A stretch of 31,620 nucleotides of DNA from an uncultured Actinomycetes bacterium (GTDB lineage: Bacteria > Actinomycetota > UBA4738 > HRBIN12), in assembly GCA_963704885.1 (NCBI GenBank), contig CAVPIB010000014.1, positions 1 to 31,620 of the forward strand, written 5' to 3'. Below the pieces are notes generated by a model. It saw nothing but the letters and a program-made list of their open reading frames with translations. It searched no databases and was not told the DNA's origin. Positions within the stretch are counted from its first letter, which is position 1; each line of letters opens with the position of its first letter. Below are positions 25,416-31,620 of this stretch, piece after piece. The position numbers and the translations under genes are program-made.

Positions 25416-26576
25416 ACGGACACGCCGGAACGCCGTCGAGCCGCGCTCGGCGTCGCAGCGTTGGCGGCGCTGCTGGCCACCGCCTGGGGGCGCACCGCCG
25501 TGCTGCTCTGGGCAGCGGCGGTGGTCGCGATCGCCGGTGGGGCGGCGTGGTGGGCCTCCTCGGCCTGGCATCAGGTGAGCGTGGAAGCTCGGTTCGAACC
25601 GCCACGTGCGTTCATCGACGAGCCCACCTTCTTGGTGATCCGGATCGCCAACGCGAAGCGACGTGGACTCCCGATCGTCCGCGTGACGATCCGCTTGCCC
25701 GAGGGATTGGATCCCGAGCCGGACCCATCGCCGACCGAGTTCTACGGACACCGCCGGCGCGTGCGCGTCGACGGCGAAGCCGAGAGCGTGCTGCGTTTCC
25801 CGGTCTACCCCACACGTCGCGGGGAGTTCTGGCTGGATCAGGTGACCGTGGAGCTCGCAGACGCGTTCGAGCTGGCACCGGTTCGTCGCCAGGTCGACGT
25901 CGAACGCCCGCTGCTGGTGATGCCGGGTCCGCGCGGAGGCGTTCCGCTCCGGATGCGGCGGTGGCTGCCGTTCGGATCGCCGGTGCCGGCCGCACGGCTA
26001 TACGAGGACCGCGAGCATTTCGCCGGCGTGCGCGACTACGAGCCGGGCGACCCCATGCACCACGTTCACTGGCGCCTGTCCGCCCACGCAGGCCGATTGC
26101 AGACCAAGACCTACGAGCCCACTCGCTCCGCCGAGGTCCTCTTCGCGCTCGATCTGTCCGACGGGGAACCGTTCTGGGAGGCGGCGGACGCCGAGCTCGC
26201 CGAGGAGACGATCGGCCTGGCGAGCTATCTGGCGCGCCAGGCGATCCACGCCGGCTGGCGCGCGGGCCTGGTCGCGAACACGCACCTGCGGCGCGGGCGC
26301 GGACCGCTCCGCGTCCCGGCCGCCTCGTCGGCCGGGCAGGAGTCCGTTCTGTTCACGGCTCTCGCGCGGATGCCGAACCAACCCACGAACGACCTGGCTC
26401 CGGTGCTCCGCGAGGTGGGTCGGCGGCTGACGCGACGAACCACGATCGTGGTGCTGTCGCCCCGTCCCGGACCCGGACTCCGTCATGAGATGGAGCGACT
26501 GCGCCGCAAGGGCTCCGACGTGATCGAGCTCGCGGGCTACCCGGAACAGCCCTACGAGGCCGGGCAGGCCCTGTGA
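25416..26576 (+). CDS. DUF58 domain membrane-anchored protein
   Basis: RRGEF, GVRDYEPGDPMHHVHWRLSA, LQTKTYEP. The first standard start is TTG 25461, but an SD-supported in-frame ACG lies at 25416. Confidence 0.88.
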   Translation, partial: TDTPERRRAALGVAALAALLATAWGRTAVLLWAAAVVAIAGGAAWWASSAWHQVSVEARFEPPRAFIDEPTFLVIRIANAKRRGLPIVRVTIRLPEGLDPEPDPSPTEFYGHRRRVRVDGEAESVLRFPVYPTRRGEFWLDQVTVELADAFELAPVRRQVDVERPLLVMPGPRGGVPLRMRRWLPFGSPVPAARLYEDREHFAGVRDYEPGDPMHHVHWRLSAHAGRLQTKTYEPTRSAEVLFALDLSDGEPFWEAADAELAEETIGLASYLARQAIHAGWRAGLVANTHLRRGRGPLRVPAASSAGQESVLFTALARMPNQPTNDLAPVLREVGRRLTRRTTIVVLSPRPGPGLRHEMERLRRKGSDVIELAGYPEQPYEAGQAL

Positions 26577-27895
26577 TCCGTATGCCGGGGACGGGGTCGA
26601 GGAACGACGTAGCGGCCGCGGCGCTCGCCGGTGTGGGCGAGGGCGCGGTCCTGTGTCTGCCCGTGCACACGGCGATCACGGGGGGAGGCAGCCACGCGGC
26701 ATCCTTCGTGGTGTTCGTGCCGGTGTTCCTGATGGTGTACGCGACCGCGGTCGCGTTGATGCGCAGACACCGCGACGCTCCGCTCAACGGCGTGTTGATC
26801 GCGGGGATCGCGATCGGCGCCGGCGCACTGTTGGAGGGGAACGGGATGCGGATCGACGCCTTCTCGGTCGTGACCCTCCTCTTGCTCGGGATGCGCGCGA
26901 TGTCGCTCGCATATCGCGACTGGAGCGAACCGATCGGAACGGCGTTCCTTGTTGGCGGCCTCGCGATGGGGGCGGAGACCATGATCGGCTCGTCACCGTC
27001 GTGGACGTGGGGCCCGCCGCTCGTCGCGCTGGTCCCGATCTTCTTCATGGCGTCGCTCGGGAGCCGGGCGGTCACGGTGTGGACGACAGGAGATGCCGGC
27101 GAAACCCCCACCGAGGAGCGGACCGCATCGCTCAGAGGCGCGCTCGTAGCCACCGGCTGGATCCCGGTCGCCATGGTCGCGGCTGTCGGCCTGGGCGTTC
27201 GCGATGGCGCACTCGACCTGGTGGGGTCCCTCCTGGCCCCCATCGGCAACGCGCTCGCCTCCGCGCTGGTGTTCGCCTTCTCCCAGCTCGCCCGACCGGT
27301 CTTCTGGCTGGTCGACCAGCTCGGCATCGACCCGGAGGGCGTTCGCCGCCTGTTCGCACGCCTGCAAACCGGAGCCAACCGCGCCGGCGAGGAGGCGCAG
27401 CAACGGATCGGCCAGCCGTCGCTAGTGGGGCGGCTGATCGGGCTGGCGCTGTTCGTGGCGATCGTTTGGGCCGCGATCCGGGTGATGCGCGGGCTGCGTT
27501 CGCGATCGACGGCCTCCCCCGCGCTGGGCCAGGCGCGATCGACGGCTGAGGTCGCATCCGCCCCCCTCGTCGAACCGGCGGCTCCACCGACACGGCGGTC
27601 TAGCCGGGAGCCGCCGGCCGACCGCGTGCGCCGCTGGTACGCGGAGACCCTGGGGGCGTTGGAGCGGCGCGGCCTGCCCAAGGAACCGTCGCTCACGCCG
27701 GCGGAGTTCGTGCCCGAGGTGATCTCGGCCTACCCGGATTCGGCCACCTCCTTCCGTGCGCTCACGCGCGCGTACGAGGACGTGCGATACGGGCGCTTGA
27801 ACCTCGATCGCTCGGCGCTCCGACGGCTGGACGGCGATCACCGCTCGCTGATGTCGGCCATCCGCCGGCAGCCGCCCCGGGCAACGGAGCCCTAG
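26573..27895 (+). CDS. Multi-TM membrane protein with C-terminal DUF4129-like domain
   Basis: Many TM segments, then VRRWY...SLTPAEF...LTRAYEDVRYG; GTGA overlap with the DUF58 stop. Confidence 0.82.
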   Translation: MIRMPGTGSRNDVAAAALAGVGEGAVLCLPVHTAITGGGSHAASFVVFVPVFLMVYATAVALMRRHRDAPLNGVLIAGIAIGAGALLEGNGMRIDAFSVVTLLLLGMRAMSLAYRDWSEPIGTAFLVGGLAMGAETMIGSSPSWTWGPPLVALVPIFFMASLGSRAVTVWTTGDAGETPTEERTASLRGALVATGWIPVAMVAAVGLGVRDGALDLVGSLLAPIGNALASALVFAFSQLARPVFWLVDQLGIDPEGVRRLFARLQTGANRAGEEAQQRIGQPSLVGRLIGLALFVAIVWAAIRVMRGLRSRSTASPALGQARSTAEVASAPLVEPAAPPTRRSSREPPADRVRRWYAETLGALERRGLPKEPSLTPAEFVPEVISAYPDSATSFRALTRAYEDVRYGRLNLDRSALRRLDGDHRSLMSAIRRQPPRATEP

Positions 27896-27943
27896 CATGC
27901 CGGACCGGTCGTCGTCGGCGGAGCCCGCTAGGATTCCTCGCTT

Positions 27944-28966
27944 ATGAACGACGCGATCATCCGTACGGAGGGACTCTTCAAGACCTTCGGGACCGTCGAA
28001 GCGCTGAAGGGTGTCGACCTCGAGGTCGACAAGGGGGCGGTGTTCGGTCTTCTCGGTCCCAACGGGGCGGGTAAGACCACTGCCGTTCGCATCCTTACCA
28101 CCCTGCTGCAACCGACCAGCGGTCGCGCCGAGGTCGACGGCCTCGACTCGGTGCGCGACGCCGAGGAGTTGCGGTTCCGCATCGGCCTCGCAGGCCAGAG
28201 CGCAGCCGTGGACGAGAACCTCACGGGCTTGGAGAACCTGCAGCTCGTGGGTCGGCTGTATCACCTGCCCAAGGCGGAGGCGAGGCGCCGCTCCGTCGAG
28301 GTCCTCGACCGGTTCGACCTGGCGGACGCCGCCGATCGTCCCGCCAAGACCTACTCGGGTGGGATGCGGCGTCGGCTCGACCTCGCCGCGAGCCTGGTCG
28401 GCCGCCCAGACGTGTTGTTCTTGGACGAGCCGACCACCGGGCTCGACCCTCGGAGCCGGCTCGACGTGTGGGCGTTCATCCGCGAGCTTCAGAGCGAGGG
28501 GACGACGCTGCTGCTGACGACCCAGTACCTCGAGGAGGCCGACCAGCTGGCCGATCGGATCGCGGTGATGGACGTCGGCACGATCATCGCCGAGGGAACG
28601 TCCAAGGAGCTGAAGGATCGGATCGGCGGCGAGGTCCTGGAACTGCACGTCGAGAACCGGGCCGACACCGCTAGGGTCGTCGAGGCGCTGCGGAACATCG
28701 GCGCGGGGGATCCCGTCGTCGATGAAGACCAAGGGCAGATCCGCATCCCGGTCCATCGGGACGGCGCATCGGTCCTGCTCGACAGCGTGCGCCGCCTGGA
28801 CGAAGCCCAGGTCCCGCTCGCCGACATCGCGCTGCACCGCCCGACGCTCGACGACGTGTTCCTCTCGCTGACCGGAAGAGGCGCCGAGCATGAGCCCGAC
28901 CCCGAACTCACGCCGGCCGGGAAGTCGAAGGGCCGGCGCGGCCGACGGGGAGAGGACGCCGCATGA
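27944..28966 (+). CDS. DrrA-like ABC exporter ATP-binding protein
   Basis: GPNGAGKTT, LAGQSAAVDENLTG, YSGGMRRRLDLA, LDEPTTGLDP, TTQYLEEAD, PTLDDVFL. Confidence 0.93.
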   Translation: MNDAIIRTEGLFKTFGTVEALKGVDLEVDKGAVFGLLGPNGAGKTTAVRILTTLLQPTSGRAEVDGLDSVRDAEELRFRIGLAGQSAAVDENLTGLENLQLVGRLYHLPKAEARRRSVEVLDRFDLADAADRPAKTYSGGMRRRLDLAASLVGRPDVLFLDEPTTGLDPRSRLDVWAFIRELQSEGTTLLLTTQYLEEADQLADRIAVMDVGTIIAEGTSKELKDRIGGEVLELHVENRADTARVVEALRNIGAGDPVVDEDQGQIRIPVHRDGASVLLDSVRRLDEAQVPLADIALHRPTLDDVFLSLTGRGAEHEPDPELTPAGKSKGRRGRRGEDAA

Positions 28967-29826
28967 GCGCCACCGCCCAACGCGGCACCGAGCGACGCGC
29001 ACCGTCCGGGTTGTCGGCCCGGGTCTCGCTCGCGGTGGTCGACGGGCTGTTGGTCGCCCGGCGGAACCTTCTCACCCTGACCCGGGTGCCGACGGTGTTC
29101 ATCTTCGAACTGGTCCAGCCGATCATGTTCGTGCTGCTGTTCCGGTTCATCTACGCGAACCAGTTCTCACAGCTGCCCCCCGGCGTGAAGTACGTCCAAT
29201 TCCTGATGCCGGGGATCTTCATCCAGAACGCGCTCTTCGGGTCGACCTCGACAGCCATCGGGCTCGCCGACGACATGAAGGCGGGCATCATCGACCGGTT
29301 CCGGTCACTGCCCATGGCGCGCTCTGCGGTCCTGGCGGGAAGGACCACCTCCGACCTGATGAAGAACTTCGTCCTGCTCGTGATCGTGATCGCGATCGGG
29401 TACCTCGTGGGCTTCCAGTTCGAGAACGGGCTGATCAACGCGCTCGGTGTCGTCGTCTTGGTGCTGACCGTCGGGTTCACGTTCTCCTGGATCTCCGCGT
29501 GCATCGCCCTCTCGCTGAAGAAGGTGGAGGCCGTCCAGGCCGCGTCGTTCACGTGGATCTTCCCGGTGGTGTTCGTCAGCTCCGCCTTCGTGCCCGTCAC
29601 GGGGATGTCCCCCTTGCTGCAGACGATCGCCCGGCACAACCCAGTCACGATCTGGTGCAACCTGGCGCGCTACCTGTCGAACGGGCCCATCGGCATCGTC
29701 GACTTCGAGACCCGCCTGCCGGTCGACACGTTCGAGGGCCTCCTGATCAGATCGGTGGTGTGGATCGTGGTGCTGCTCGCGATCTTCGTTCCGCTGGCGA
29801 TCCGCCTTTACCGCAAGCTCACGTAA
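28963..29826 (+). CDS. DrrB-like ABC-2 permease
   Basis: QPIMFVLLF, YVQFLMPGI, GIIDRFRSLPMARSAVL, SSAFVP, NPVT; ATGA overlap. Confidence 0.92.
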   Translation: MSATAQRGTERRAPSGLSARVSLAVVDGLLVARRNLLTLTRVPTVFIFELVQPIMFVLLFRFIYANQFSQLPPGVKYVQFLMPGIFIQNALFGSTSTAIGLADDMKAGIIDRFRSLPMARSAVLAGRTTSDLMKNFVLLVIVIAIGYLVGFQFENGLINALGVVVLVLTVGFTFSWISACIALSLKKVEAVQAASFTWIFPVVFVSSAFVPVTGMSPLLQTIARHNPVTIWCNLARYLSNGPIGIVDFETRLPVDTFEGLLIRSVVWIVVLLAIFVPLAIRLYRKLT

Positions 29827-29874
29827 GGCGAACCAGGCCTCAGTCCGGCCGCCCGACGTGCCGACACCTCCTGT

Positions 29875-30012
29875 ATGGCCATGCAGGAGCGGGTCTGCTC
29901 GGGATGCGGCGCGATCAACCAGGCGAGCGCCGAGTCCTGCTGGCGCTGCCTGGAGGGTCTGCACGAGACCCAGCCCGAGCCTCAACCCGTGCCGGAACCC
30001 CTCACCGGATAG
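29875..30012 (+). CDS. 45-aa zinc-ribbon microprotein (CxxC-x10-CxxC)
   Basis: MAMQERVCSGCGAINQASAESCWRCLEGLHETQPEPQPVPEPLTG*; too short to appear in the ORF track. Confidence 0.7.
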   Translation: MAMQERVCSGCGAINQASAESCWRCLEGLHETQPEPQPVPEPLTG

Positions 30013-30103
30013 ACCTTTTCGGGAAGAGATGTCTCGTACGCTGGGTTGCATCTGACTGCGCCCGCAGCGGTGCAGCGCGTCCGGGATCGAGAAGGGAACC
30101 AGG

Positions 30104-31620
30104 TTGGGTCTGTTCGGTTTCGAGGGAGACAACGCACGCGAGAAGGTCATCGTGCTGCTGACCATGTGCTTCGCGTTGGCCATGGCCATGCTCGACAACA
30201 CGGTCGTGAACGTGGCCCTGCCGAACATCAGCGAGACGCTAGGCACCGGAGTCTCAGGCCTGCAATGGATCGTGGACGGTTACGTGCTGGCGTTCGCATC
30301 CCTGCTGCTGACGGGCGGCATCCTGGGCGACCGCTACGGGCGCAAGAAGATGTTCCTGACGGGACTGTCCATCTTCACCCTGGCATCCCTTGGTTGCGGC
30401 CTCTCCTCGAGCACCGGCATGTTGATCGCGTTCCGCGCGCTCCAGGGTGTGGGTGCGGCGCTCCTGATGCCCGGAACGCTCTCGATCATCACGGTGACGT
30501 TCCCACCTCACGAGCGCGCGAAGGCGATCGGGTTGTGGGCCGGGATGTCCGGGCTGGCGCTGGCGCTCGGACCGACCGTCGGGGGGCTGATGGTCGAGCG
30601 CCTGGGTTGGCAGTCGATCTTCTTCCTGAACGTGCCGATCGGGATCACGGCGTTCCTGGTCGCCACCCGGACCGTGCGCGAGTCGGTCTCCGAAGAGGAA
30701 CGGCAGCTCGACATCCCTGGGTTGGTCCTGGGAACGTCCGCGCTGTTCAGCCTCACCTATGCCTTGATCGAGGCGAACCAGAAGGGGTGGACCGATCCGC
30801 TGATCGTCTCGACGCTCGTGGGCGGCGCGTTGCTGGTCGCGGCGCTCCTCTTCTGGGAGTTCCGCAGCCCACATGCCATGATGCCGCTCCGCTTCTTCAA
30901 GATCCCGGCCTTCTCGGCCGGCAACACGGTGGCCTTCGCAGTCTCGCTCGGCATGTTCGCGACGTTCTTCTTCCTGTCCCTATACATGCAGCTGATCCGC
31001 GGCTACACGCCGTTCCAGGCGGGCGCGAGGTTCCTGCCGATGACGCTAATGATCATCGTGACGGCTCCCCTGGCGGGGAAGTACGCATCGAAGCACGGCT
31101 CGCGGGCACCGATGACCTACGGCTTGCTCCTCGGGGGCGGTGGACTGCTGTTCTTCGGGACCCAGCTCCAGGTCGACACCCCGTACTGGATGATGATGCC
31201 GGTCTTCATCATCATGGGACACGGCATGGCTTCGGTGATGGCGCCGATGACGGCCGCCGTGATGAACTCGGTCGGGCCGCAACGCGCCGGCTTGGGCTCG
31301 GCCATGACGAACACCAGCCGGGAGGTGGGCGGCGTCTTCGGTATCGCGCTGCTCGGCACCGTGCTCACGACCAGGCTCAAGGCGTCGCTGACGCCCACGC
31401 TCGCGGGCCTCGGGCTGTCCAACGCCCAGCAGAGCGCTATCGCGGCCGCGGGCAGCCACGGCACGCTCGACCCATCCGTCCTGCAAGGCCTGACTACCGC
31501 GCAGATCGGTCAGGTCACGGCGGCGTTCGATCAGGCGTTCATGGACGGGTTCCACGTGGCTCTGTTCATCGGAGGGATGGTGCTCGTGATCGCCGCGATC
31601 GTCGCGTACCGGTTCATCCC
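30104..31620 (+). CDS. DHA2 (EmrB/QacA) 14-TM MFS efflux transporter, truncated by the window end
   Basis: TTG 30104 after GAAGGGA; MLDNTVVNVALP, LQWIVDGYVL, GDRYGRK, RALQGVG, WQSIFFLNVPIG, REVGG. No stop before 31620, hence absent from the ORF track. Confidence 0.92.
   Translation, partial: MGLFGFEGDNAREKVIVLLTMCFALAMAMLDNTVVNVALPNISETLGTGVSGLQWIVDGYVLAFASLLLTGGILGDRYGRKKMFLTGLSIFTLASLGCGLSSSTGMLIAFRALQGVGAALLMPGTLSIITVTFPPHERAKAIGLWAGMSGLALALGPTVGGLMVERLGWQSIFFLNVPIGITAFLVATRTVRESVSEEERQLDIPGLVLGTSALFSLTYALIEANQKGWTDPLIVSTLVGGALLVAALLFWEFRSPHAMMPLRFFKIPAFSAGNTVAFAVSLGMFATFFFLSLYMQLIRGYTPFQAGARFLPMTLMIIVTAPLAGKYASKHGSRAPMTYGLLLGGGGLLFFGTQLQVDTPYWMMMPVFIIMGHGMASVMAPMTAAVMNSVGPQRAGLGSAMTNTSREVGGVFGIALLGTVLTTRLKASLTPTLAGLGLSNAQQSAIAAAGSHGTLDPSVLQGLTTAQIGQVTAAFDQAFMDGFHVALFIGGMVLVIAAIVAYRFI

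Noticed and set aside
1-31620. CRISPR array, tandem repeats, prophage or defence system
   Set aside because: No regularly spaced repeats and no cas, phage or recognisable defence genes seen by manual reading.

Overview
High-GC actinobacterial chromosomal window, mostly housekeeping and metabolic genes, with no phage, CRISPR or intact mobile element seen. The left arm is the conserved actinobacterial block mec-(moeB)-cysO-cysM-murI-MBL hydrolase-rph-rdgB running towards a tRNA-Leu(TAG), with an orphan histidine kinase in between. Upstream on the same strand are an alpha/beta hydrolase, a gene remnant, a 66-aa orphan and a Cys-type selD that has no selenium-utilisation partner in the window. 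The centre holds pfkB, a cNMP/CBS/DUF294 nucleotidyltransferase, a decaying amine-catabolism module (Lrp regulator, frameshifted and internally deleted FAD oxidoreductase, intact Tat-lipoprotein spermidine-dehydrogenase-like gene), a DinB-like gene and an IS5 right-end remnant. The right arm has fabI, DUF4333, SDR, DUF885, TIGR00266, a methyltransferase, two ABC-2 exporters, a PPOX/F420 protein, moxR-DUF58-DUF4129, a 45-aa zinc-finger ORF missing from the ORF track and an MFS exporter that runs off the end. The most notable observations are selD next to a sulfur-carrier cysteine pathway whose MoeB lacks a rhodanese domain, a +1 frameshift at the start of rph, a probable ACG start for DUF58, repeated leaderless promoters with 7-nt spacing, and a structured leader before mec. 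All family assignments come from motif recognition by eye, not database searches.
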